DNA of 64,000 nucleotides from a virus (IMGVR_UViG_3300005613_000042:1-64000); one strand, 5' to 3'. Shown: positions 37,301 through 46,535, numbered from the stretch's first letter. Made by a program: numbers and translations. Notes: generated by a model from the letters alone, not told the origin.

Positions 37301-39282
37301 GATATTTTGTAGCTTATGACCCAATCATTGATAATAGATTGGTATATCACTCCACTAGCTCAATCATTACTAATAACGCATCTATTATTTCTGGAGCATT
37401 TGCAGAGGCTTCAAATTCAATTGTAAATACTATTGATACCGTATCTAGCAGCTTCGCTACCACGATTGATAATTTACAGTTAGGCGATAATGATTGGTTT
37501 GATGGTGGTACTTATTTGACTACATCAAAAGATGTGGAAATAACTGGTTCACTTTATGTAAGTGGAACATATGGTGTGGTTATATCTGGTTCTGAACAGG
37601 TTCTATTATCATTAAAACAACTGACATCTGGACAAAATGTTAGAATTGTTTTAACAAATGGTAATGATAAAAGTGTAAAGTTAAAAAACACAAGTGATAA
37701 CAGTTTTTCAATAGATAGTGCCGAAGATAATAATGTATTCAAGATAGCATCAAATGCAACTAGTAATCAATTGGGTATATCTGCTTCTGGTGTTATCATA
37801 GGAGCTAATATCAATCAAGTAGTAGATAATCGTTTTATTGTAGACAAACCAGCCACAATCATAAGTGGTGCTTTTATACAAACCAAGAGTAGTGATGTTC
37901 GTTTTGAAAATTTAGACAACCAATCAACTGATTATTATGTATCTTATAATCAATCAACTGGAAAAATTACTTACACAGATACATCATCTATTATCAGTAA
38001 TAATGCATCTATTATTTCAGGTGCATTTACCGAAGTATCAACTTCAATTGTAAATACTATATCATCAGTATCCGCCTCTATAATTTCAACCATTGATACT
38101 GTATCTGGTAGTTTTGCAACTACTATTGAAAGTCTTGAACTTGGAGATAATGATTGGTTTGATACTGGTACTTATTTGACTACATCCAGAGCCGGTGGTG
38201 TTCAAATAACCGCATCGGCCGACGTAAATGGACCTGCTTTATTTTTATATAGACCGTTTAATACACAAGTTGGATTTCAGATCGGGAATAGTGCTACTAC
38301 ATATGCATTACGTGCATCGACTGATGAATTTGTAATTGATGCTGATGTTAATAATGTACTTCGTATATACAAAAATTCTAATGCCAATAATCTTGTTATT
38401 TCTGGGTCTGGTGTTACCATTGGAGCAAATTCCGTAAATACTGATACGTTTACTGTAAATCAAGATAAATTAATATTCACATCTACACCAAACACCGAAT
38501 TACAACTAACCGGTTCATTCAGACAAACTGGAAGTCAAATTATAACTTTTGAACATTTACCAAACGAAGCACCCAAACCAATTGGCTTTGTTTTATATGA
38601 TTATAATGGAACTGGTAATCCAAAATATCGTCTATACTATACTGGTTCTGATGCAATACCTGGGTTATTAGGCCTTCAAAACTTGAATTATTGGAGACTT
38701 GAAAATAATCAACTTACATCATCACTTTCTATTGTATTGAGTGGAAGTGATCCGAATGGGCAGATTTTTGTTGAAAACTTATATCAAAACTCATCAGTTG
38801 AACCTGATACAGATGGGTATCCAGTTGTTTACTATGAAACTAGTTCTGGTCAACTTGTTAGACAAGCCGCAGCTGGTACTCAACGTATTTTGTCAGCCGA
38901 ACGCGTAACTGCAACATACCCATCTAGTGTAACTACAACACGTCGTATTACAAATAAAAATATAGAAATTGTAAATGGTTATTTTGCAATAACTGGTTCT
39001 GGTGGATTAAAAACTATATCTGATGTTGAAATCACAGGTTCTTTGAATGTTACTGGTAGTGTAAATCTAAACTCACCCATTATAGTAAGTTCTAGTAACA
39101 ATACTATGGGATTTGATGTAGAGGATATTTTTATAATCAAAAATTCAAATGATACCTTACTCAAAATAAAAAATTCAGGGTTGTTGGTTTTAAAAAGTTT
39201 TGAAACAGAACCCACTGCTGAAGAAGGCGCTATTTACTACAATTCTTCAAGTTTTGAATTTTTCTTGGGAGTGGGTCAATAA
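34381..39282 (+). CDS. long tail fibre protein (1633 aa) with internal duplications
   Basis: Repeated GDNDWFDGGTYLTTSK...ITGSLYVSGS motifs. Two diverged copies of about 60 aa ...SIISNNASIISGAF...DNDWFD. Ser/Gly/Thr-rich. Confidence 0.65.
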   Translation: MARPIFRQQPRINISELRMQYISASYPAEITSSTGQLSYKYLRQLPLIESSDGVFTNDFVGGKLIVESPQNITPSTGSGVIASGYSTRYQGTITSVINNSLAVVSPPYYFKLLKESNGYTNPISYYFSPSKFDSSDYTITYRKNESGSQITNDIYQSFVNVELADLIPESGRVSAVRLFARSQGFKTFEHLSDEPLLPVELFVNLTSSTNEYVPIGKIKDTNHVNFYWTSEIVNGSLFTTTQTYDKTVLTDALKVEINTIQNAVFPIGRENFYAKFYTNNPIKVYKNNDYIVTFKLANVGKADWEHSSAEVKGPRLLFAISGSAIKNEDGKLGKVYDEIKSDSVNTTNPSIVNGNGLIYQNQFDYNAGDDDNIVPTPLNGSQSFAISDNQLLVNSPVINDIRAYIFRPERDGYINPVFAVNTGIWYISDISIKPYVLDGRTPTHTRVKAKAPTYKQNDSLDIKLEFLNEQGEIANISFLTSSLPFSGSSIAVSSGGGTSGPDGDWYDGGTYITTSKAVHITASFESSGSFTARVTGESFNIIGLQDASQGSYSSLIIDNNGKVWKTGSVSGGGGVDNDWYDSAAGYITTSNDVHITGSLYVSGSQQNTGSLYISGSIENVHYIDFDISQSEDLTYKNGRLFYNTNEGALTFYNEESDIGLQIGQEFYIRVYNDSNSTINNGTPVYASGANGDRVKVWTASAEPHYEHIATENHILGLATHNISPKSEGYVTELGIVRGINVGTGWSAGDTIYVSSSGGELTNIRPDYPYEKIEVGILVRDSPTGNGFIFVKPESPVHFENISELSASTPYVNGQVFVYDETAQGWTNSNELVNITASSIIASGSFSGSFVGDGSGLTGISSGDNDWFDGGTYLTTSKEVQITSSDLILSDGSIYGDTDATPILKVQNNQFTFVSNTDNDAGVKFSTSDGPNFEFTDLDGNSLVRFFLNQKVHLFSGSISASGELRAGLELEPRGYFVAYDPIIDNRLVYHSTSSIITNNASIISGAFAEASNSIVNTIDTVSSSFATTIDNLQLGDNDWFDGGTYLTTSKDVEITGSLYVSGTYGVVISGSEQVLLSLKQLTSGQNVRIVLTNGNDKSVKLKNTSDNSFSIDSAEDNNVFKIASNATSNQLGISASGVIIGANINQVVDNRFIVDKPATIISGAFIQTKSSDVRFENLDNQSTDYYVSYNQSTGKITYTDTSSIISNNASIISGAFTEVSTSIVNTISSVSASIISTIDTVSGSFATTIESLELGDNDWFDTGTYLTTSRAGGVQITASADVNGPALFLYRPFNTQVGFQIGNSATTYALRASTDEFVIDADVNNVLRIYKNSNANNLVISGSGVTIGANSVNTDTFTVNQDKLIFTSTPNTELQLTGSFRQTGSQIITFEHLPNEAPKPIGFVLYDYNGTGNPKYRLYYTGSDAIPGLLGLQNLNYWRLENNQLTSSLSIVLSGSDPNGQIFVENLYQNSSVEPDTDGYPVVYYETSSGQLVRQAAAGTQRILSAERVTATYPSSVTTTRRITNKNIEIVNGYFAITGSGGLKTISDVEITGSLNVTGSVNLNSPIIVSSSNNTMGFDVEDIFIIKNSNDTLLKIKNSGLLVLKSFETEPTAEEGAIYYNSSSFEFFLGVGQ

Positions 39283-39345
39283 AAAAAACTTCCTATATTT
39301 ATAATAGGAATTATAATGAAATTAATATAAAAAAGAGTATAAATT

Positions 39346-40614
39346 ATGGCAACTTGGAAAAAAATAGTAGTATCTGGTAGTAACATATCACAATTAAACA
39401 ATGATGTTTCATATCTTACACCAGCCGCAGCAATAAATTCAATTAGAGCATTTGCAACTGCATCATTTAATGGAACTGAATTATTAGCAGATAGTTGGCG
39501 GGATAATCTAACATTTGCATCATCATCTGGAACTGGTTTAAATATATCGGCTGATGCTGGTAGTGATACTTTAACTTTTAGTTTAGATACAATTCCAAAT
39601 TCATCTTTGGAAAATTCCACTATTAGTGGAAAGGCTTTGGGAACTAATTTAGATAACTTAACCGTTGACAACGATACCTTACAGTTAAATAGTGGTACAA
39701 CCTATAATGGTAGCGCCGGTAGAACAATAAGTATTAAAGATGGTGGTGTAGACACCGCCGCAATTGCGGATTCATTAGGTACACTTGGTGAAAACAGTTT
39801 TACAGGTTCATTTACGGGTTCATTTGTAGGTGATGGTACTGGTTTAACTAACATATCAGCCGATACTCTTGCAAATTCGTTAACAGATGGTAATGGTATA
39901 AATGACTTTACTTTTGATGGTAGTTCAGCCCAAACTGTTAGTGTTCAAGTAGATGGAACAACTTTAACAGTAGGTGCAGGTGGAGTTAAAGTAAGTAATG
40001 ATGGTATTACGGCAACCCAAATAAATACCTCTGTAGCTGGGACTGGATTAAGTGGTGGTGGTGGAACCGCTTTGTCTGTCGATTATGGAAGTACATCAGG
40101 AACGGCAGTAGAGGGCGACACAACAATTACCATAAATGGTACTACCAATGAAATTGATATTACAGGAACCGTTGCTCAGGCACTTGGTGGAACACCTTCA
40201 TATACCATTGGACTCGCAGATTCAATTGCAGGTAATAGAACATTCCAAAACAATGTTACCATAACTGGCGATTTAACTGTAAATGGAACTACTACAACAT
40301 TAAATACAAACAATTTAAATGTAGAAGACCAATTTATATACGCGGCTTCTGGTTCTAGTACCGTTGATGGTGGTTTACTTGTACAAAGTGGTTCTACTAC
40401 TGGGCAGGGTTCTGCAATTTATCATGATGGAACCGATGAAAGATGGTCAGTAGCAAAATCCGTGGCAGCAAACGCTACATCAGTTACAGCATTACAATAT
40501 CTTGTTACTGCTAAATTAGAAACTTCTAATCCAACTGCCGGGGAGGGGGATTATGGTATAGGGGAGGTTTGGATTAACACCTCTACTGAAGATATCTTTA
40601 TAAGAACTGCATAA
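39346..40614 (+). CDS. tail fibre protein paralogue (422 aa)
   Basis: Shares the FTGSFVGDGTGLTNIS motif with 34381 and 40812. Gly/Thr/Ser-rich. Confidence 0.55.
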   Translation: MATWKKIVVSGSNISQLNNDVSYLTPAAAINSIRAFATASFNGTELLADSWRDNLTFASSSGTGLNISADAGSDTLTFSLDTIPNSSLENSTISGKALGTNLDNLTVDNDTLQLNSGTTYNGSAGRTISIKDGGVDTAAIADSLGTLGENSFTGSFTGSFVGDGTGLTNISADTLANSLTDGNGINDFTFDGSSAQTVSVQVDGTTLTVGAGGVKVSNDGITATQINTSVAGTGLSGGGGTALSVDYGSTSGTAVEGDTTITINGTTNEIDITGTVAQALGGTPSYTIGLADSIAGNRTFQNNVTITGDLTVNGTTTTLNTNNLNVEDQFIYAASGSSTVDGGLLVQSGSTTGQGSAIYHDGTDERWSVAKSVAANATSVTALQYLVTAKLETSNPTAGEGDYGIGEVWINTSTEDIFIRTA

Positions 40615-40616
40615 AA

Positions 40617-40808
40617 ATGGCTGTAAATTTTAATGGTGGCTTTCAAAAAGGTAAACTCATAGATAGAAATGTTTTTACTGTCGATGAAATTGTGTTTCTT
40701 TTAACTTATTTGGGAGATTCAACATTTAAAGTTAAAGATATAGAAACCCTAACATTAATCATAACAAAGTTGCAGAATGAATATTTAAGAATGACTAAAA
40801 ACTCATAA
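40617..40808 (+). CDS. small protein (63 aa), possibly a fibre assembly factor
   Basis: ORF on the + strand between fibre genes. Confidence 0.35.
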   Translation: MAVNFNGGFQKGKLIDRNVFTVDEIVFLLTYLGDSTFKVKDIETLTLIITKLQNEYLRMTKNS

Positions 40809-40811
40809 AAT

Positions 40812-41594
40812 ATGTCATGGAAAAAGATTATAACTTCAGGAAGTTTAGCAGAACTAAATGGATTGATAACTACCGCAAACATTACATTATCAAATGCTTC
40901 AATTGTAGGTGATACTACATCTACTCCATTACTAAAAGTAGATACAGACCAATTTGCATTTGTATCATCATTTGATGAAGATGCAGGTCTTTCTTTTGCT
41001 AACATAGGGGGAGACCCTTATTTTACATTTACTAATTTTTCTCAAACTCCTATTATAAAACTTGGTGTTAATAACAACTCCTACACATTTGTAGGTGCAA
41101 TATCGGCATCAATATTTTCAGGTTCATTTGTTGGAGATGGTAGTGGATTGACCAATCTACCTGGTGGAGGTGGTGGCGGAGGTAGTGATACAGATTGGTA
41201 TGAAGGTGTTGGGTTTATTACATCATCCAATGATGTACAAATCACTGGTTCTTTATCTATAACTGGTTCTAGGTTAACATCTAATCCAGTATCACTATCC
41301 ATTTCATCAAATACGGCATCTTTAGATTGTACTGATGGTAATTTTTATACATTAACATTAGCTTCATCTGCAGACACACATTTAGATATAACGAATCCAA
41401 TTGGGGGTCAAACAATCAATGTGAAAATCACACAACCTGCAACCGTTGGTACAATTAGTTTTAGTAGTAATGTTAAATTTGCCGGTGGAATTGCATATAG
41501 TGCATCTGCCGTAGCAAATGCCGTTGATATAATTTCACTTATTACATTTGATAGTACTGATGTATTTTTAACATCTATAAAAGATTTTTCATAA
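40812..41594 (+). CDS. tail fibre protein paralogue (260 aa) with a poly-Gly tract
   Basis: SGSFVGDGSGLTNLPGGGGGGGSDTDWYEGVGFITSSNDVQITGSL; this segment carries the motifs shared with the other fibres. Confidence 0.55.
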   Translation: MSWKKIITSGSLAELNGLITTANITLSNASIVGDTTSTPLLKVDTDQFAFVSSFDEDAGLSFANIGGDPYFTFTNFSQTPIIKLGVNNNSYTFVGAISASIFSGSFVGDGSGLTNLPGGGGGGGSDTDWYEGVGFITSSNDVQITGSLSITGSRLTSNPVSLSISSNTASLDCTDGNFYTLTLASSADTHLDITNPIGGQTINVKITQPATVGTISFSSNVKFAGGIAYSASAVANAVDIISLITFDSTDVFLTSIKDFS

Positions 41595-42334
41595 TGTTTT
41601 CTCCTGTAGGATTTTTACAATTAGATGTTGTTAAGACAAATTTATTGTGGTGGGTAGATTTTAGTGACCCAACTTCGTATCCAACCACAGGTACATCTGT
41701 TATTAACTTAACAGGTGGTTCAAATGGTACTATCCAAAATACACCAGTTTATAGTTCTGATTTTGGAGGTACCATGAATTTTGATGGGGTAGATGATTAT
41801 GTTGATTTCGGAGATACTACATTTCAAGATGGGGCTCCGGCATTTACCATTCATACCGCTGTTAGACCCGGCTCATCTGCAATTTTATCGGCAGGTGATG
41901 TTTCAATTGTTCGTAAATTTACAGCGGGAGCACAAACATTTTCATTAGGTGGGCCAGGCGGTGCCTCTCAACCATACGCGTCTGTAAGAACTCTTATTCG
42001 TGGTAATTTAGGGTTCTTAAACAGCCACTCATCCCCAAACATGTTAGCACTTGATACGTGGGTTTTTGTAACTAGTAGATGGAATGGTGATAATAGTATG
42101 ACATATTTTAAAAATGATGTTGATTGGGGGGTTGGTGTATACAACACCAGACAAACCCCAGGTGTATTAAACAATTCACTTGAACATTTAACAATTGGAG
42201 CCAGATATAATAACAATAGTGAAGATAGATTTTGGAATGGTGATATAGCATTAATTATGTTTTATGATAGAGCATTAACCAATGAAGAGATATTACACAA
42301 TTATAACACAATTAAAACTAGATATATGTTATGA
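41594..42334 (+). CDS. concanavalin A-like lectin/glucanase (LamG) domain protein, candidate receptor-binding tip
   Basis: FDGVDDYVDFGDT ... WVFVTSRWNG ... FWNGDIALIMFYDRALTNEEI (LamG_3-like pattern). Confidence 0.5.
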   Translation: MFSPVGFLQLDVVKTNLLWWVDFSDPTSYPTTGTSVINLTGGSNGTIQNTPVYSSDFGGTMNFDGVDDYVDFGDTTFQDGAPAFTIHTAVRPGSSAILSAGDVSIVRKFTAGAQTFSLGGPGGASQPYASVRTLIRGNLGFLNSHSSPNMLALDTWVFVTSRWNGDNSMTYFKNDVDWGVGVYNTRQTPGVLNNSLEHLTIGARYNNNSEDRFWNGDIALIMFYDRALTNEEILHNYNTIKTRYML

Positions 42335-42585
42335 ATTTAAATACATTTTCAAATAGAAATTATATGATTATCAGTTCATCTGATGTTCCAAACATTGATT
42401 TTAGTGAAATTTTACAAGAAAGCGCAGATACACTTAGGCGTTCAGTAGATGGTAATACAGTTGTTGTAAAGTGGGAATCCGAATCAATTCCAAATAGTAT
42501 AGATGCTTTAACAACCAAAGATGGTCCATATAATCATGAAGAAATTTCTATAATAATGGTAGGTGATAATTGGATGTTTCCTTGA
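42331..42585 (+). CDS. hypothetical protein (84 aa)
   Basis: ORF on the + strand, overlapped start. Confidence 0.4.
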   Translation: MNLNTFSNRNYMIISSSDVPNIDFSEILQESADTLRRSVDGNTVVVKWESESIPNSIDALTTKDGPYNHEEISIIMVGDNWMFP

Positions 42586-42620
42586 TATTTATATATAAAA
42601 TTATACTAAGAGAATAAATA

Positions 42621-43364
42621 ATGATTTCAATTTATAAATTGTTAGAGAATGTGGTATCTGAAGGTGTATATGACCCAGGTATTTTAAAAGCAATTTTTCT
42701 CGCAGGTGGTCCTGGTAGTGGTAAAAGTTATTCAGTAAACCAAATATTTGGAGTTGATAATATAATGAAGGGCACAAGTGCTCTTGGATTGAAAGTTGTC
42801 AATAGTGACCCTGCATTTGAACAACAGCTAAAAAAGGTTGGTGTTAGTCCAAAAAAATTAGGTCAAATGACTGATAAGATTTTCCAATACTACACTACAC
42901 GCCCAGATTCACCTCGTGCTAAAGCAAAACAAACGGTCAAAAAATTACGTGCTATGTATGAGTCTGGAAAATTGGGACTTATTATTGATGGTACTGGTAA
43001 AGATTATGCTAAAATTGAAAAGGACAAGAAAAGACTTGAAGAGTTGGGATATGATATCGCAATGGTATTTGTTAATACAAGTTTACAGGTAGCACTACAG
43101 AGAAATGCAAACCGTGATAGGTCATTACCTGAAGATTTGGTTGAGAAGGGATGGCTAGATGTTCAAAATAATATAGGAAAATTTCAATCTCTTTTTGGAA
43201 ATGATATGATAATAGTAGATAATAGCGAGGCCGGCGATTTCAACAAAATGCACGCAAAAAAGATTCGTGCGGCAGAAAGGTTTGTAAAATCACCAGTTAA
43301 AAACCCAATTGGTAAAAAGTGGATTGAAAATGAACTAAAATTAAGGAAAATTGATACAAAATGA
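42621..43364 (+). CDS. P-loop nucleoside/nucleotide kinase-like protein
   Basis: Walker A LAGGPGSGKSYS. LIIDGTG segment. Lies directly upstream of, and overlapping, the NMNAT-like domain gene. Confidence 0.5.
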   Translation: MISIYKLLENVVSEGVYDPGILKAIFLAGGPGSGKSYSVNQIFGVDNIMKGTSALGLKVVNSDPAFEQQLKKVGVSPKKLGQMTDKIFQYYTTRPDSPRAKAKQTVKKLRAMYESGKLGLIIDGTGKDYAKIEKDKKRLEELGYDIAMVFVNTSLQVALQRNANRDRSLPEDLVEKGWLDVQNNIGKFQSLFGNDMIIVDNSEAGDFNKMHAKKIRAAERFVKSPVKNPIGKKWIENELKLRKIDTK

Positions 43365-45661
43365 ACTTAGGCGAATATATAGCTTATCAATTATTAGAAG
43401 TAGAGTTATCTGGTGATATAAAGCACATTGTTGCATTGTATCCTGGTAGATTCCAACCAATGGGCACTCATCATGCAAAAACATATAAATGGGTTGAATC
43501 TAAATTCGGAGATGCGTGGGTTGTTACAAGTGATAAAGTTCAATTACCAAAGTCGCCTCTAAACTTCAATGAAAAGAAAAAAATTATCAACAAACACGGA
43601 ATCAGTAAAGTAGCTAAGGTAAAAAATCCATACCAAGCAGTAGAAGTATTGAGTAAATATGACCCTAAAACAACTGCGGTAGTATTCATAGTTGGTAAGA
43701 AAGACCAGGAACGCCTTGGTGGTAAATTCTTTCGACCGTGGCGCGGCGTGGCTGAAGTTGGATACCGAGATGGTGCTTATACAATGATTGCACCTCATAT
43801 ATCCTTAAACATACCTGGTGTGGGAGAAATGTCGGGCACAACGATTAGACAAGCTCTTTCTCAATCCCCTGATGGACCTGAATCTAAGAAATTATTCAAG
43901 GGTATCATGGATTGGTATGATGCTGGTATCCATAAAATGATATCTGGCAAACTAATGGTGAACGATATAATTGAAAAGTTTATAAATAACTCAGACTTTA
44001 CAGATACATTACATGAAGCCTCCGTTACTAGTATTTCTCAAGCTGGCGATGTAGATGATGGTCCACAAACTTGGTATAAAAATCAATCTTCTTATAAGAG
44101 TGCCACAAAATCTATAGCCGACCGACTTGGTATGAAAGTTCTTAATTATCTAAGTGGTGATGGTGATTTTGAAGCTGAGTTAACTAGATATCAACATATA
44201 ACTAGGTCACCCAGTACATTTCCAGCCGGCGTACAAGGTAAGACAACTACAATTAACCAAGATGACTTATCTACAAAGACGGCATATAAAGTTTGGAAAC
44301 GATATATTCAAAACATAGTTAGGTCGGTTGGTATGCAATTTCTGGATTATTTAGGAGCTGAATACTCTATAGATGTAGATGAACCAAATACAGAATTAGA
44401 TGATTTATTAGGTGAGGGTCTTTTAGTAGAGACTCCAGATGAGGATGTTGGTAAAGTTCAATGTATGGTGTGTGGGTGTATGATGAAACAAATTCAATAC
44501 AGACATTTAAAATATAGTCATAATGGTATGACTATGCCGGAATATAAAGATAAATACCCAAATGCACCACTTATATTAGACTCCGCTAAAAACACAGGTA
44601 ATAAAAATCCGATGGCTAATCCCATTGTTAGGGAAACGCATAAAAAAAGTGTAACCACAGATGAATACCGAGAAAACCAAAGAATTGGTTCTACTGGCAG
44701 AATCGCAAGCGATGAAACTAAGAAAAAAATGTCTGAAAATAATGCGATGCATTCTTCTGAAAACAGAAAAAAGGTATCGGATGGTGTTCGAAAGGCATAT
44801 GAAAAAGACCCATTATTGAGAGAAAAACGATCGGTGACTGGTAAGAAATATGGGTTTGGTAATAGTAAAACTCAAGATAAAATAGCTGAAGTTAGAGGTA
44901 GTAAACGGGGTGATGAGCGTGATGAATTTGAAAGATATCAAGAATTGGTTAGAATACTTTCAAATAAAAATTATCAAACATACTTCAAAGAAATACCAAA
45001 TGCTAAAAAGCGGAGTAGAGATTATCATTTGGACCACAAATTTTCAATATCAGAAGGATTTAGAAGAAATATTCCAGTCGAAATAATTTCTCATTATTCA
45101 AACTTTGAAATCATGCATGGTCGATTGAATGAGAGTAAGGGAACTAAATCATCAATATCATTACGAGAATTAATTTTTGATATAGAATCATCCAATCATC
45201 CAATTGGACCCCGTAATATCAAGCAATTACTCACTTGCGGTGGGGCTTACGGACACATGCGACATCCGTTCGATGACAACAATCTAACTTTTGGTGATAT
45301 AAAGAACATTATTAGATTATCTCTTCAAGGTAATCTAAGTATGGAAAAGGTAACTACTGAAAAATGTATATCTGGAGATAGTATATTATTTCTTGAAACG
45401 TTGGGGCCTACTAAAATTAAGGATGTAGTTGATGGTGATTTGGATGATGCAGTGTTAGCGTATAATAGTCAAGATGATAAAAATGAATATTTGCCCATAG
45501 TTCATAAGTTTAATAATGGGGAGGTAGATGAGTGGATTGTGATAGAGTTAGAAGATGGAAAGGAAATAAAAGTTACTCCGAATCATAAGATTTTTGTAAA
45601 GAATAAAGGATTTGTGAGAGCTGATGAATTGACAGAATATGATGAGCTTAAGATAGTTTAG
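43361..45661 (+). CDS. N-terminal half of a fractured multidomain gene: NMNAT-like HxGH nucleotidyltransferase domain + C2H2-like Zn finger + NUMOD3/HNH endonuclease module + ligase motif-I region (N-extein) + split-intein N-fragment (last 98 aa)
   Basis: GRFQPMGTHH ... SGTTIRQAL (archaeal-NMNAT-like). CMVCGC ... HNGMTMPEYKDKYP. NUMOD3-like GNKNPM repeats. HNH DYHLDHKFSISEG...N. The ORF ends ...VTTEK|CISGDSILFLE...KVTPNHKIFV...ELKIV* (intein blocks A and B). Confidence 0.6.
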   Translation: MNLGEYIAYQLLEVELSGDIKHIVALYPGRFQPMGTHHAKTYKWVESKFGDAWVVTSDKVQLPKSPLNFNEKKKIINKHGISKVAKVKNPYQAVEVLSKYDPKTTAVVFIVGKKDQERLGGKFFRPWRGVAEVGYRDGAYTMIAPHISLNIPGVGEMSGTTIRQALSQSPDGPESKKLFKGIMDWYDAGIHKMISGKLMVNDIIEKFINNSDFTDTLHEASVTSISQAGDVDDGPQTWYKNQSSYKSATKSIADRLGMKVLNYLSGDGDFEAELTRYQHITRSPSTFPAGVQGKTTTINQDDLSTKTAYKVWKRYIQNIVRSVGMQFLDYLGAEYSIDVDEPNTELDDLLGEGLLVETPDEDVGKVQCMVCGCMMKQIQYRHLKYSHNGMTMPEYKDKYPNAPLILDSAKNTGNKNPMANPIVRETHKKSVTTDEYRENQRIGSTGRIASDETKKKMSENNAMHSSENRKKVSDGVRKAYEKDPLLREKRSVTGKKYGFGNSKTQDKIAEVRGSKRGDERDEFERYQELVRILSNKNYQTYFKEIPNAKKRSRDYHLDHKFSISEGFRRNIPVEIISHYSNFEIMHGRLNESKGTKSSISLRELIFDIESSNHPIGPRNIKQLLTCGGAYGHMRHPFDDNNLTFGDIKNIIRLSLQGNLSMEKVTTEKCISGDSILFLETLGPTKIKDVVDGDLDDAVLAYNSQDDKNEYLPIVHKFNNGEVDEWIVIELEDGKEIKVTPNHKIFVKNKGFVRADELTEYDELKIV
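45365..45658 (+). mobile_element. split intein, N-terminal fragment (IntN, 98 aa)
   Basis: Block A CISGDSIL and block B TPNHKIF. The ORF stops right after the Hint N-domain. Confidence 0.65.
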
Positions 45662-45686
45662 AGTACCATCTGTTTTTTCAATAAAT

Positions 45687-46535
45687 TTGATATTTATAAG
45701 TATGATGAAAAAATGTAACTATTGTGGGGTGATTACAAACAGTATTAGTTCCCATATGCGAGATTGTTCTGATTATATATATTGGAGAGATAAAACATTT
45801 ACTAGAGAATTTCTCTATCAAGAATATGTAGAGAAAGGGAAATCAGCTATTCAAATTGCGAATGAAAATGGGTTTAGGTCGTCTAGTGCAATAAATAGAA
45901 TGCTTAAAAAGCATAATATTAACATAAGAGGAATTAGTACTTCACATAATATACCTTTGTATAAAAAAAGAATAGAACAAACTAATGTAAATAGATTCGG
46001 TGCACCGAATCCATTATGCAAAGGAACCGTTCCTTTTAAAAAAAGAAATAAAACAGTTATGGAACGGTATGGGGTAGATAATGTCAGGAAGCATCCAGAT
46101 GTTATTGCCAAGATAAAAAAGTCTTTAGCCCAGTGGAGAAATGAAAATGGACATTCTACGTTGGGATTGACACATTCATCGGAAACTAAAAATAAAATGA
46201 GAAAATCTGCTATATATAATATACAGTCTTGCGTTGGACAATTATCTCCATCTTACAATCCATCATCAATCCCCATCCTTGAATCAAAAGCAAGGGAACT
46301 TGGCATAACCGACCTTCAACATGCGGAAAATGGCGGAGAATATCACATTAAAGAACTTGGATATTGGGCGGATGGATACAGCAAAGAGAAGAATATAGTT
46401 ATTGAGTACGATGAAAAACATCATTTTGATATAGATGGAAATTTGAAAGATAAAGATAAAACGCGTCAGAGGGAAATAGAAAATTACTTGGGGTGTGAGT
46501 TCATTAGAATTAAAGCAATGGAGACTTCTTCTTGA
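45687..46535 (+). CDS. free-standing homing endonuclease-like gene lying between the intein halves
   Basis: Sits in a different frame from the flanking intein ORFs. NUMOD-like helices. C-terminal ELGYWADGYSKEKNIVIEYDEKHHFDIDGN (Vsr/EDxHD-like nuclease motif). Preceded by a TTGATATTTATAAG motif. Confidence 0.55.
   Translation: MIFISMMKKCNYCGVITNSISSHMRDCSDYIYWRDKTFTREFLYQEYVEKGKSAIQIANENGFRSSSAINRMLKKHNINIRGISTSHNIPLYKKRIEQTNVNRFGAPNPLCKGTVPFKKRNKTVMERYGVDNVRKHPDVIAKIKKSLAQWRNENGHSTLGLTHSSETKNKMRKSAIYNIQSCVGQLSPSYNPSSIPILESKARELGITDLQHAENGGEYHIKELGYWADGYSKEKNIVIEYDEKHHFDIDGNLKDKDKTRQREIENYLGCEFIRIKAMETSS

Noticed and set aside
39283-39345. Hairpin ttcctat-atttata-ataggaa between fibre genes considered as a terminator
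   Set aside because: The stem is only 7 bp and AT-rich with no T-run. It is more likely part of a TATAAAT late-promoter-like region, so it is not annotated.
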